A stretch of 64,000 nucleotides of DNA from Enoplolaimus lenunculus (Eukaryota). The stretch spans positions 310,001-374,000 of the forward strand of contig JASANG010004046.1 of assembly GCA_030248215.1 (NCBI GenBank), read 5' to 3'. The notes beneath the pieces were generated by a model. The model worked only from the letters and a program-made list of their open reading frames with translations, did no database searches and was not told the DNA's origin. Position numbers and translations under genes: made by a program. Below, in pieces: positions 39,055 through 51,810 of this stretch (its first letter is position 1; every line of letters begins with the position of its first letter).

Positions 39055-39708
39055 TAAGTTCTTTCACAATTATATAGTAGGCGAGGCTCCTGTCAAAAAA
39101 TTTTCGTGCCTGTACACTGCTAGCGTAGTACTGAGCCGTACCCGCCGTTAAGTTCTTTCACAATTATATAAGGCGAGGCTCCTGTCAAAAAATTTTCGTG
39201 CCTGTACACTGCTAGCGTAGTACTGAGCCGTACCCGCCGTTAAGTTCTTTCACAATTATATAAGGCGAGGCTCCTGTCAAAAAATTTTCGTGCCTGTACA
39301 CTGCTAGCGTAGTACTGAGCCGTACCCGCCGTTAAGTTCTTTCACAATTATATAGTAGGCGAGGCTCCTGTCAAAAAATTTTCGTGCCTGTACACTGCTA
39401 GCGTAGTACTGAGCCGTACCCGCCGTTAAGTTTTTTCACAATTATATAGTAGGCGAGGCTCCTGTCAAAAAATTTTCGTGCCTGTACACTGCTAGCGTAG
39501 TACTGAGCCCTACCCGCCGTTAAGTTCTTTCACAATTATATAGTAGGCGAGGCTCCTGTCAAAAAATTTTCGTGCCTGTACACTGCTAGCGTAGTACTGA
39601 GCCGTACCCGCCGTTAAGTTCTTTCACAATTATATAGTAGGCGAGGCTCCTGTCAAAAAATTTTCGTGCCTGTACACTGCTAGCGTAGTACTGAGCCGTA
39701 CCCGCCGT
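39055..39708. repeat. Minisatellite, 7 x 92-94 bp, near-identical units
   Basis: Units start at 39055, 39149, 39241, 39333, 39427, 39521 and 39615; they differ only by a 2-bp indel and single substitutions. Confidence 0.97.
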
Positions 39709-41429
39709 TCGTGGCTAAATTTAATAGCATCATAAAAAGGTTAATTTAAAACACAAAGCAGAGTTGAAAACAATTAAAATATAATCCTAAACTTGAAACT
39801 TAAAACTGATAAAAGCGGTCAAGTTATTTCGTATACTCCACATGCTAAGCTAAGCTTTCATTGTAGCTTTCCCAGTACCTTGTTTTTAACAAAAAATATA
39901 AGGCCGGGCGTTTGTACACGCCCCCTCACCACGGCCGCTACTAGGGTATCCGAGGCCTTCCCCAAAACGTGTGAGGTAGGCCCCCTGCAAAGTAATATCC
40001 ACAGCCGCAGTAGCTAATCCAAGAACGGCGGGCCACATACACTGTGTCGTAATATATAATGGCGAAAGAAATCTGAGAACGAATTGAGTTAGAAACCGAA
40101 TAGGGGTGAATTAATTTATGTGCTATATCGTTTATCTGAATGGCGCCGAAGACTCAAAATTTTTTGAACTCGCATAGCAGATTGGTTTCGTCATAAGCCC
40201 CCGGTCCAGAGGCCCACAAATTACTGGGATAGAGAAGCGATAGGTGAAGCACTACCGACACGTTTAAGGAGAAGATACATAACAGGAAGGATCTTATCCA
40301 GCAGATGCCCAACGGCCACTGCGATCCGGTTACGCTAACAAGCCTATTTTTAAAAATCCGTAAACGATGTCAGCGTAACAGTTAAGTTATACTCGACGTG
40401 CTCCTGGGCGGGGCACAGTAAAATTTTTAATTAAAAACTGTAGCACGCCACCGCACACCATCAAAAAGATTTGGCTTATCTTTTTGGCTAGTGACGCATA
40501 GCAACGTGAGGCGGCGCGGCGGCGTACGGCTCTACTGCAGAGTGTAAATGCTGATCAAGGTCTAACGGGTTCGGAAGTATTAAAATCGTCGTTTAAAAAA
40601 CCCCATAGCATGCCATCTGGCTAAAAGCAAAACGAATCATTTAGCGTTTATTCGGTCACAAAATTTTTCAAACCAGTCAAGACACTGATAGGATAATTCT
40701 TGTGTGGCACCCAAGCTTTTGCATTACATACTGCGCCAACGAAAGCCCTATTACATTTAACTGCTAGTAGATGCTATAGCAGTTTATTTAATGAACCTTT
40801 ACAGAAAGTAGGCATATCGGTTAATTTATTGAACACAGTATGCAAATTGTTAAGTTTAGATGCTTTTCCACGAATGGAACAATCTTAGTTAGCGTGAACA
40901 GTATCTGTTTTTAGCCAATCAAGTTGAACGTTCTAAGATTTTGCCAAAACTTACAAGAATAAAGCCTCGCTTCGTTTGAAGTATGAGTGATTTATATGTA
41001 AATTTTTACAGAAAACAATAATTCGACCAAATTATCTCACGGTTAGAAAATATCCTTCAGTATGTAATCAGAATGTTTGGTTGTTGGTCCAACAAAGCCC
41101 AAGTTAACATTCGTAAAACTACGAAGCCCGTAGCTAGCTCACCTTGGTATAGGGGCTAAACATTTTTCAGGAGAAAAATACAAAGGTTATGACATACAAG
41201 CAAGGTCGAAAAAATTCTCACACTGGTCCCCTTTGGTTACGAAGCAGAAGGCTTGAAACTAATAACAATGTTACACGTATTGTAACCCTAGTAAACATAA
41301 ATCCTAGCAAAAGCATAATAATATTGCAAACACGTAAAAACAGAAATCCCTAAAAGTATATGGCACTGAAACACGCCCATCTGTCAATGTAAAAGATAAG
41401 CCTAAAACTAAGCCAGTACCTAAAAGTAA

Positions 41430-41649
41430 AGGTCCGTGTTCTTAAATGTGTGTAGCAACTATCACCACTTTGTGATAGGTCTTGGAACTTTTAAATCACT
41501 GAACGGAGAGCTTAGGAATTCATAACAATTTTGAGATTTGACGTACCCTATTGCTGTGCAAAACTTGAGGTTGGCAACAGCAATAGTTTGTGAGTTTGAA
41601 AACCTATAAAAACTAGCGATAGGTGCAACCCAATTGAGAATATGGGCCT
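41430..41649 (-). mobile_element. Harbinger-like MITE
   Basis: AGGTCCGTGTTCTTAAATG..TGAGAATATGGGCCT; inserted in a degenerate GCCTAA tract. Confidence 0.62.
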
Positions 41650-42341
41650 AAAGTCTAAGTATAAACAATAGCGCTAGTAAGTCTAAGCCAACTGTTTTGC
41701 AGTTCGCGAATTGTGCGTCCCTTAATGTAATACGGGCCAAAGCTAATACAGGTTAGACAGTTTCATACGCGGCCTATAATAAAAATAAAGAAACCGCTGA
41801 ATATAAACATATCCTCAACATTCAGTTTTAGGTTTTCATGTAAATTCCACACTATCCGGCTTCTGGTTCCGATATTCCGGTCGTTTAACATCCAGTCCTA
41901 TGGCCCGTTGCTAAGTTTATATCAGCAACATTGCTGCTGCTAAACTAGCTGCGGCGAATGATTAAAAAATTTTGTATTCGTTAATTTGTTTGCATCAGAG
42001 TGTCTTTTCCTGCTATGGAAAATCGTTTTTGCCATTGGGGATACACTAATGCATGTTTTTTCCTTTTAATTTTAGCCTTTGTAATTAAATACATTCACCA
42101 AATGACCAGTTTACGTTCTTTTATTGAAATCTGTGTCTGAGCCAGTGTAGGTGTACTATCTTGAGACAGAAAGATTGTTTTGTCAAATTGCAGTGACAGA
42201 ATTTTGTTGTCCAATGTACTTGAACTGTATAGAATAAAAGCCCGAATTCAATGTGTGGCTACCCGCCCAATATGGGCTATGGAGGCATGTCTTTGAGTAA
42301 ATTGAAAATTTAAATCAGCATTTGTAAAAAGCCTTGTTAAC

Positions 42342-42646
42342 CAAGAGTGGACGATGCATAATTCAACAAGGGTAAGCAACTGGGTACACTCTGCGGAGAA
42401 AAGAATGTACCCGGTCGGCGTTGCGTGTTTGTCCTTCTCTTTTTAGAGGGGGTACATTTGTTGCAACCATGGCACTTTATTTATCCGGCAACAAAAATGC
42501 TCCGCTTACAGTTTAATTTAAGGTTATTGCATGTGACAGCGACCACCCCTTTAAATAACCGTTCCCTCAAAAACGCAATGCCCGGTGGTACATTCTCTAC
42601 TATACAGAACACCAAGAGTGGAACACTCTTGTATCATGCGCTCTTG
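42342..42646 (+). mobile_element. P/Galileo-like MITE
   Basis: Colinear with the 12388 copy; ends CTCTTGTATCATGCGCTCTTG. Confidence 0.72.
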
Positions 42647-42918
42647 GTATGACAGAATATGGAGGTATAGTTTAGCAAAACTTTAACTACATACAACGTT
42701 TAAACAGCACAGTAAAGCTGGAGGACTTGCAAGCTAGAAGATCAACATTTGCGATATAGAGCCTTTAATAAGTTAAAATAGAATATAAGTAATTCCATTG
42801 CGTTCAAAAAACATGGATGTGGCCAGTTTAATTGTTATTATATCAGTGGTAGTTTTTAGACGTGGCCATTTTTCTCCAAAAAGACGTGGAATAATTTGCA
42901 TAAGTAGTTGTACGTCAT

Positions 42919-43068
42919 CAGTCCCGTAGCCAGCTCGTTGCTTTAAAACTTTTCAGAAGGTGTTCGATGACTTATATGCAAGCAAGGTTGAAAATTTTCT
43001 AGAGGTAGACAAAGTTCTTCCAGAGGGAGGGCTGAGCTACACTTGGCACCCTTTTTTCTACGGGCCCG
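42919..43068 (+). mobile_element. hAT-like MITE family 1
   Basis: CAGTCCCGTAGCCAG..CTACGGGCCCG; flanks tacgtcat / tacctcat. Confidence 0.8.
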
Positions 43069-43468
43069 TACCTCATGCGTATAAACAACTATATCAGAAT
43101 TGCTGGTTTTGTTTCAAAAGCCATTTTCGAATCATGTTCTGCCGATTTCCAAAATTTTTCTAGTTTTCCAAATACTCAATTGCCCCAAATTGTAAGGAAA
43201 AACTGTAGCTCTCCAGCCCCGTTGATTTGGTCGCTTACGTTGTTATTTTTTGTTTTCGCATTACGCAGCGATTAAATTGCCGTTATACAAAACATCGTTA
43301 AGAAGCACTGAATCGCAGATCAATAGAGCTCTGACGATTTTTACCCAGTTAAGCCACCACGTAGTCTTTGTCTTTATGCCTTAACGCTCGTTATCAAATA
43401 CTCTACGGAAATGGCACGTGTGAAGTAATAAAGCATGTTTAAACGAGACTATAACTAGATCGAAAATG

Positions 43469-43677
43469 GGCCCATTTAAAGATCAGGGGCGGGACGTTTT
43501 TCTGTAGGACTTGCAATAGTGTACGCTTCAGCTTTAGACTAATTTGTTTGTTTAGGCTGAGGCATAGGTTTAGGTATAAGGTCATTCTTACGCTAAGACT
43601 TTTTAGGCTTAGGCTTTAAGCTTTAGGCTTTGGAATATGCTTCTGCTACCGTTACGGCCCTGTTCTATACGTTGGCC
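43469..43677 (+). mobile_element. TTAGGC-containing MITE, subfamily A
   Basis: GGCCCATTTAAAGATCAGGGGCGG...TATACGTTGGCC; flanks cgaaaatg / caaaattg. Confidence 0.8.
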
Positions 43678-44183
43678 CAAAATTGTACATTCCAAGCCGG
43701 AAATCGTTATAGTACTCGTATACAGGAAACGCTTTACTGATGCTTGCAGAGACGTAACCAGGATTTCATTTTAACAGAGTATAAAATAGCAAAGAAAGGC
43801 AAAATTTAGGAGCTATTGTGGCAAGCATTAAAAACTCGTTCACACCTTTAAAGACGGCAAAATTGTTTTATTTTGTTACCTGCTGGATGTTCAGGGATAG
43901 TATGTATCAATCTCCCGAGTACGTCCTTACGGCCGGTTTTGCCCATATGAAACCTTACGGCAGCAAACAAGTCCCAAAAATCTGAAAGAACCTGAAAATG
44001 TTAAATAACCTTTTATTAACCAAATTTTATCTCTCGGCTGTCACTTGATTCATTTTTCTTCTACCTCAGCAATTTCTTTCGCACTTCAAATGATATTTTG
44101 GTCCCTAATCAATTCACGTGCTACATTATTATTATTATAATTATTATTATTATTATTATTGTTATTTTTATTATTAGTATTAT

Positions 44184-44893
44184 GGCCCATGTTGCTATAA
44201 ATGCCGTCCCAATTTCTCGGGACAGAAATATATCCGGACTGCACACTTATGCGATCCTGTTTAGATATGCACAGGCAGATATATTTACGTAGAATATATA
44301 CTATATATATGTGTGTGTCCCATCTGTCCCAAGTGTCCCAACTGTCCCATCTGTCCCAACTGTCCCATCTGTCCCAACTGTCCCATCTCTCCCAACTGTC
44401 CCATCTCTCCCAACTGTCCTATCTGTCACAACGTCCCACCTGTCCCGTTCCATCTGTCCCAACTGTCCCATCTGTCTCAACTATCTCATCTGTCCCAACT
44501 GTCCTATCTGTCCCGTTTGTCCCAACTGTCCCATCTGTCCCAACTGTCCCACCTGTCCCAAGTGTCCCATCTGTAAAATCTGTCCAAACTGTCCCAACTG
44601 TCCCATCTGTCCCGTTTGTCCAATCTGTCCCAACTGTCCCATCTGTCCCAACTGTCCCAACTGTTCCATCTGTCCCAAATGTCCCATCTGTCCCAACTGT
44701 CTCATCTGTCCCAAGTGTCCCAACTGTCCGATCTGTCCCAACTGTCCCATCTGTCCCAACTGTCCCATCTGTCCAACCTGTCCCATCTGTCCCAACTGTC
44801 CCATCTGTCCCATCTGTCCCATCTGTCCGAACTGTCCCATCTGTCCCATCTGTCCCATCTGTCCCAAGGACGGCCTTTAGGGTAACATTGGCC
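44184..44893 (+). mobile_element. GG-terminated TIR element carrying a TGTCCC satellite
   Basis: Ends GGCCCATGTTGCTATAAATGCCGTCC / GGACGGCCTTTAGGGTAACATTGGCC resemble subfamily B termini; sits in an (ATT)n microsatellite. Confidence 0.65.
44316..44867. repeat. Tandem satellite with 9-bp units (TGTCCCAAC / TGTCCCATC) and an 18-bp higher-order unit
   Basis: About 60 units read directly; the source of the spurious CPNCPI / VPTVPS / SQLSHL ORFs. Confidence 0.95.
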
Positions 44894-45732
44894 ATTATAT
44901 TATTACTATTATTATTCTTAGGAAAATTTTTAGTTCTGAATTTATTTTGCACTTAATTTCTTTTATTATTTATTATTATTATTCATATTATTATTATTAT
45001 AATTATTATTACTACGGAAAATGAATGTCTTCTGTTTCTTTCGGTTCTATGTTCACCTATGCTTAAGTTTTTGTTAGAACCTTTGCGTAAACTTTATAAT
45101 TCAAGCTTAAAAATGAGAGAAAGGGCACAAGTGCAAGAGTCATTTTGTTTACTTAAATGTCACTTTTAAACTTTGAACAGAAATTGAAAAGTAATTTAAT
45201 TTTTAAGCCGTCGAGAGCAAATGCACAGTATGAAAATTCAGTTGATATATTCAAATTATAAACAACAGTGGCATGCTTGTAAACGATAATTCTGGATATA
45301 ATAACGTTTGTTATTATTAATAAAATTATCGTTTACCTAAAATTATAATTTTAGCAATAATGACGTGCTTACGAAAACAAATGAGTGCTATCATTGTGAA
45401 TTTTAGAAAACTTTACGCTTCAAGACAAACAACCGTAACTGAGCGTCATAACAGTTTATTAATTATTAAGCATCACATCATGTTTTGTATGCAATAATTG
45501 AAGCTAATACGCTTTTGTTTCAATATTCCTCTGGGTAAAATTACAGATTTAAAAGCAAAGTTTCAGTTTATAACAGTATTATGGTTAAATTCCCCTGAAT
45601 TTAATCATAATCGGAATAAAATAGACCAAAGAGTTGTGCATTTTGCTGTAACTAAAATCAACTTTTACCGATCCATGCATATTGCATTGCAATTAGGCTT
45701 ACAACTAAGCAGTTGACGAAAATTTATCTGTT

Positions 45733-45873
45733 AGGGTGGCGCTTTACTTTTGATGACGTTAGGCGCTGTCTATCGTCGTACGTCGCCAGTCGCTATCGTA
45801 CGTGAATTATATACTCACGTACGATACCGCATGCTGACGGAAGGTGACCGCCGCACAAGTATAGTGCCATCCT
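45733..45873 (+). mobile_element. GC-rich TIR MITE (AGGGTGGCGCT..ACTT / AAGTATAGTGCCATCCT)
   Basis: Imperfect TIRs; related reverse copy at ~59240-59410 in PP1 intron 2. Confidence 0.55.
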
Positions 45874-46259
45874 TAGTTTCTCGATTCGTTGTGAGTGCTG
45901 TTTAGTTTGGTAAAAGTAACCAAGATTTCATTTCGGGTAGTTAAGTATTTTGGCCGACAATTCTTTTCGAAATAAATTTTGAAATTGTGTATTTTTTGTT
46001 TAGAATAACAAAAATATTAAACAAATAATAAAAGATGTCCAAAGACTGAATATCTATAAGAAGCTCTACTGCATGTTTATTTTAAATAGAGACATTCTCG
46101 TTTTAAACTTTTTGTATTTAAAGTAGCAAATCAAACGCGTAGGCAAAGGATAAACCAGGGGGATAATGGCTGTCGAACGCTTTTCAAAAAGTGCGTTTCA
46201 ACAAGCAAACAAATAATATATATTAGCTCAGAAAGAGTAACTTATACATAAATTAAATG

Positions 46260-46664
46260 GAGGGTTCGAACGGAATTCCGATTCTATCTACATTCCGACA
46301 AAAGTTATGTTCCGATTCCGATTCCGGCCAAACGTTATTCGTACACCGGAATTCTGACTTTTTCGGTATTGAATCAACTATTCCAACAATTCTGAGTTGA
46401 TAAACTTGTGCACCATACTTAAGCAAAAACCTGTATGTATTTGTTACTTAACCTAGTACACATCATCTGAGTTACGCGCTTGAAGTTATTTGCTAGACAA
46501 ACAAAAAATTTATTTTCTTTTAAATTTTTATATGAACAATAAATTGAGTATCAAAAATGAAATTGCAATTCCGGTTGCGATTATGATTCCGGTTCAGACA
46601 AAAAAATTTGAATTCCGACTCTAATTCCGATTCCGGCTAAATTCCATTCCGGTTGTAAACCCTG
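46260..46664. mobile_element. hAT-like non-autonomous element with subterminal ATTCCG repeats
   Basis: Ends (G)AGGGTT / AACCCTG; many ATTCCG motifs clustered near both ends. Confidence 0.55.
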
Positions 46665-46831
46665 GCATATATATTGATACAAAACTAATGTGGCAACCCC
46701 AAAATCAAATTCCTGACCACGAATGAACCAAGCAGAACAAGTTCGAAAGCCAAATTGAAAGGTCTATGTTTCACAGAAAAAACTGCGCTTTATAAAAATA
46801 GGGAAACGACACCACGGAAACTTTAAATTAG

Positions 46832-47097
46832 CCCTTTGTCACATGAATATTTTCAATTTCATGTGAGATGTAATTTCAAGGTAACATTCGATCACCAGGC
46901 TCTCGGGTGGGAGGCATTTACGATAACCACTCAGCTACTACAGGAGCTTGATGCTCGAGCCCGAGGGGCTCTCACTTCTTGTAGAAATTTTGCACAGCGC
47001 ATATTTGTTAGAATTGTTAAACTGTGCGTGCAGTGTCTGTGTTGCTCATATATTACTTGTATTTAGTTGTTCATAGTATACTCTTTGAGTTAAAGGT
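46832..47097 (-). mobile_element. piggyBac-type MITE, older copy
   Basis: CCCTTTGTCACATGAATATTTTC ... AAAGGT|TTAA; colinear with the 52778 copy. Confidence 0.72.
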
Positions 47098-47363
47098 TTA
47101 ACTTCTTAAAAATGATCTTGTGTTACTATAAATAAATAATACAGAGAGGTTTGATTGTTTATGCCAAAAGCTTTATTATTCATAATAACCCTAACTATAA
47201 GTAGTCTTTTAGTCAAAATATAGAATTTGTTTTAACGGTTTACAGCAAGCCGTATTTCCAGATTCGTCTAGCTCTGTTTATAAAGTTAGCGATAGGTTTT
47301 TAAACAAGTATATCTATCTAGGAGTGCGCGTTTACGAAATAAAGCGCACCCGTAAACAAACAG

Positions 47364-47594
47364 GGCTCATGCAAAAGCTCAGTGGCGGAACGTTTTTCTG
47401 CGGGATTGCAATACAGTAAGCTTAAGCTTTAGACTAATTTTTTTCTTAGGCTTAGGCTTAAACATAGATATAAGCTGATTCTTATGCTTAAGCTTACATA
47501 GGCTTAGAATTAAGCTCATTTTCAAACTTAGGCTTAGATTTAGGCTTAGGAATACACTTATACTACTGTCACAACCCTGTTTTATACATTTACC
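47364..47594 (+). mobile_element. TTAGGC-containing MITE, subfamily A
   Basis: Flanks acaaacag / acaagcag (7/8); long internal TTAGGC-like array. Confidence 0.8.
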
Positions 47595-48195
47595 ACAAGC
47601 AGAATGCTTTTTATCTAACAAGTTTAATTCAATTACTCAAAAGCCACAAACTTGTTAGGCTATTTTCTAGTGTCGAGCACCAGCCAGGAATCGGCCGGCC
47701 GACACCTATTGCGAGTCTACGCCCGTAAAATATATGATCAAAACCAAAATGCTGTATTACGGTTGAGAACTATCTTGCGCGGCCCCCTTTCAAAATTTTT
47801 TTTGGATCTGTCACTTCGAATGAACGTTTACCACTAACGCCATATATACAGAGGTAAATCATGACCCAGCTTGGCCTTACCGTAGAGGCCATCTTTCTCC
47901 CCGTCCGGAAGAAAAAAGTTTGCTGAAAAAACACAACACAAAACTAAAAGTATTTCTATGCTTAAACATGTATATTTGTTGAATTTAGTTGTCACGAATC
48001 ACTTGATGGCACAGGCCCTCAGGAGGTCGAGGTCTCACTGGCGTCGATCATGATTTTCGATTAATAAATTGTGATTCAATAGAAATTAGTAACCAAGGAC
48101 ATCAAATGTTGTAAAGGCATGAAGTTATCTGGCTGCTATAATTAGCGAATCAAACGCTGGTTGATTTTAAAGGAAAATTAAACTTCATACATTTC

Positions 48196-48379
48196 GACCA
48201 ATGTCACTTTGTTTTAAGCATATTTCTAAGTTTAAGCTTAAGATTAAACCAAAATCTGAGCGTAAGGATAGGCCTATAACTAAGCCTAAGCATAAGCCAA
48301 AGCAAAAATAGTTTAAAGCTTATGTTTGCTCTACTGGAGCTTGTGGAAAAGCGGGACGCCCCTCAAACTAACATCAGTC
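48196..48379 (-). mobile_element. TTAGGC-containing MITE, subfamily B
   Basis: Flanks tacatttc / aacatttc (7/8); GCCTAA-like array. Confidence 0.7.
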
Positions 48380-49215
48380 AACATTTCCAACTAAACCGCC
48401 CGAGCAAATCGGAATTTACCCTGAATTGCTGCTAAATTCGACTCAAACTTTACGTCAACGAGGGGTCAAACAATGTACCAGCCGCTCAATTCTAGGAGTA
48501 TGGTAATCATTAGGGGGCGTTAACAATAACAGACAAACCCGCTTCCCAGCTTTGAAGCTATCAAGCGAGTTCATAAAGTTAAAATTACAAAGTAGAGTCT
48601 TTCATACTCATTAAAGCTTTCGAAAACGTCAAAACCGCAACAATATTACACAAAACAGTCGACTTCCGAAACAAACGCAACAAATGATGCTTATAAATGT
48701 GGGACGAATATAAATACTGAACAATAACAAGAAAAATATTTAAATTAGAGTAGAGGGAACTAAAATGAAAATCATATTTCACAAGTTTGAGATAAACTTT
48801 TAATCGACCTGGTTTTGGTAAACTTCTGGAATGGTTTGAAAATGGGGTCACAATTTGCGCTGTGTAAAAAATTCCCAATTCAGCAGCTAAAAACAGGCGC
48901 CCCCAAAAAAAGTTACTGCAGGAAATAAGTATATTCTGAATATTTAAAATGGACTTCAACATAAAACAAAAGCATTTATTGCTTCTAAACGCCTTCGAAT
49001 CTCAAACTTTCGTTCTTGATAGTGAAAACATTCTTGGCAAAACAAAACACACGGAAGATGTAGAATTTAAATTTTAGACTTAAAATAGGATATCCGTGAT
49101 CGACACCCAAGACAATATCTCTTCCGTTTGTATATATCTGGTCCCGGCCCACGTCCCTCAAGCCGTAAGGTACTCCTCAGATTTTTGTAATTTAAAGTAA
49201 CATACAAAACCAGTA

Positions 49216-49435
49216 CACTGTAAAAAATAGGGAGTCAAATTGACTTTCTTGGAAATAGACTTTTCCTGACTACACAAACTGAGTCAAAATTCGACTCCGC
49301 CAGAGTCAAATTCGATTCACTGAATCGCCCAGTGAGTCAAATTTGACTCTGGCGGAGTCGAATTTGACTCAGTTCGTGTAGTCAGGAAAAGCCTATTTCC
49401 CAGAGAGTCAATTTGACTCCCAATTTTTTACAGTG
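49216..49435. mobile_element. Near-perfect palindromic MITE with CACTG termini and TA flanks
   Basis: TA|CACTGTAAAAAAT ... ATTTTTTACAGTG|TA; arms pair along almost the whole length; repeated GAGTCAAATTTGACTC sub-palindromes. Confidence 0.85.
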
Positions 49436-50018
49436 TAGATGCAATATCTTATTCTTAAAACTGGGCAAGCGTGCCCCTAACCAGATTGACCAACGGACTA
49501 GACAGCCTAAAAAACCTTAGCCAATGTCATATTAACTTCTTGAAATTTTCTGGCCCCATTTAATATGTTGCACTAACCTGAACTGAAATCATGTAAAATT
49601 TAAAAATAACTATTGGCTAATTGTTTCTTGAATGAGAATTCAACGAATCAAATCGCAGGATATACCTCGTCATTAAACGTAGACCGAATCATAAAAGCAT
49701 ATCCAAGTTAAAGAAGTCAAATTGTTCCGTGATAGACCTTGGAAACGACTTGCCTTATATATGAAATTAATTCCCAAAATTTGACCTCTGTCGACTCCAA
49801 AAACTTTCAGGGAATCAAGCAGCGATCAAGAAGTTAAACAGCACTTTGTATGTTTGAAACAACCGTCCAGTACTTAGCCTAGAAACCACATAAATCCTAA
49901 TCATTATCAAAACTTTTGTAAGGTTCTAAGACGTTTCATTATTCAGCATCTCTCAAAGCACAAGATTGTAAATCCGCATCTGTTGTCTGGTTTTAGTTTT
50001 ATATTTTCATTTTGCTGG

Positions 50019-50200
50019 CAGTGGCGGACCCGAAAATTTCTGATAATGAAGCCGCATAATATATAATAGTAAAAAAACTCGCGACTCAAGCGATCGCGAA
50101 ATGAAGCACAATCTTAGTGCTAAATTTGAACACAAAATTTTTGTTTTGATCTTCGATTGGGTCGTTTAACCCCGGGTTCCCCCGTTTGGATCCGCCAGTG
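50019..50200 (+). mobile_element. hAT-like MITE family 2
   Basis: CAGTGGCGGACCC..GGATCCGCCAGTG; flanks tttgctgg / ttcgctgg. Confidence 0.82.
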
Positions 50201-51585
50201 TTCGCTGGTAATGTAATTAGTGAAATATAAGATAATACACCAAACAAAAAACCCACTAAATCCTGCCTATATCGGGCAACTATTGGTAGAAGAATCGGGC
50301 AAGATTAGGTGACGTAAACAATGCGTTCATTTTGGTATGGGTTCGCCTACAGTCTATATATACGTGACAAAGCTAAGCTGTGCTGTGTTAAGTCCATCTT
50401 AATGAAGTATGCAAATTCTGAGAGAACGAGTAACGAATATATTTTCGATCCGAATATCAAGAGTGTATTGGATATACCTATCTCCTCATAAATTTCTTAA
50501 AAATGAGAAAAACGCGGTCTTATATAATAATTTCCGTCGCTCGCTACGCCCACTTGCAAGAAAGTTGTACATGAGAGCCGTTATATTCTACCGAGAAAAA
50601 AATCTGCGTCCATATTTGGCTACAGACAATTTAGTAGTATAACAAATTTCAAATATTCTTGATTGGTTTTGAGTCCGGGGTGGTGCATTTTTGCGTAAGC
50701 ATATTGTACAGGTACGGAAGTACAATGAGTAACACTGGTTTCCGATTGTTCCTGCCATGGCCTGCTGTATCATTCATTGCCAGGGAAAGGCTTTCAAACA
50801 AATTGTAAGTTTTTACGCTGCAGTAAAACCCATTTTCTAACCCTATTATATAATATTGTCATTTTTAAGTGTAAAATTCTGTGTTTCTGGCGACAATAAA
50901 TGGATTTATAGCCAAGCGCAAAAATAAACCGATGCAAATATTCTCAAACGTGTGTAGCACCTATCATCAGTTGTTGATATAACATATCAACCAGTTTGGT
51001 TGTTTGCGCTTTAAGTTTTACCATATTTATTGTACTTAATCTATCCTACCACTTTATTCGAATTTCAAATGCTTAGCCATCGTAGTTAGTTTGGTTTACA
51101 ACTTATTACAATTGGTGACAGCTGCTTCATATAGCTAAAAATATCGCCGTATATTTAAAGTTTCTTAAAGAACCAACGAGAATTTAATTTATTCCAACAC
51201 TCCGCTGAAAAGTAAATAATAATATGATTTTTCAACAATTCCAAAACATTGACTCAATTAAATGGACATTCGAGATTCGTTATGTGCAAAGTAAAATAGA
51301 AAAATAAGACTAACCTGGAGTTTCATAATCCTATTTTTATTGCAAATTTGAAAAACAAAGAAATTTAGTGAAAGAATATTTTTAGAAAACATTGTTTTCT
51401 GCTTTGACATCTTCAGAATTGCGTTGTTTATTAATAGGCTCAATATAGACACAAATATTTACGAAGACTAACTTTTGTGTTCTTCCAGCATTCTAAAAAT
51501 TAGTGCCAGTAATAAATCACAAATGTGAGTAGCACGTATTGCCAGTTAGTGATAACTCTCCATGAAGGCGAAATACTGGGCTAAG

Positions 51586-51810
51586 AGGGCTTTATTCTCA
51601 AACGAGTGTAGGATCTGTCGCCAGTTGCGACAGGCCTTGTAACTTTCGAACCAGTGGATGGTGAAGCCAGAAATTTAGCACATTTCTCGCATTTGATTTG
51701 CCTCATTTCTTTACCAAGTTTAAAATCCATAATTACAGAAGCTCATCAGTTTGAAAACCTACAGCCATCTGATGATACTTAGGCGCTATACGCATTTGAG
51801 AATACGGTCA
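51586..51810 (-). mobile_element. Harbinger-like MITE
   Basis: Same TIR and interior as the 41430 copy. Confidence 0.6.

Noticed and set aside
39055..39708. CRISPR-like regular array
   Set aside because: The units are identical along their whole length with no unique spacers, there are no cas genes and the context is eukaryotic; it is a minisatellite.
44201..44956. Cys-rich (CPNCPI), collagen-like (GTDGTV/GQMGQL) and VPTVPS ORFs
   Set aside because: All frames are open only because the 9-bp satellite lacks stop codons; there is no splice or protein context.
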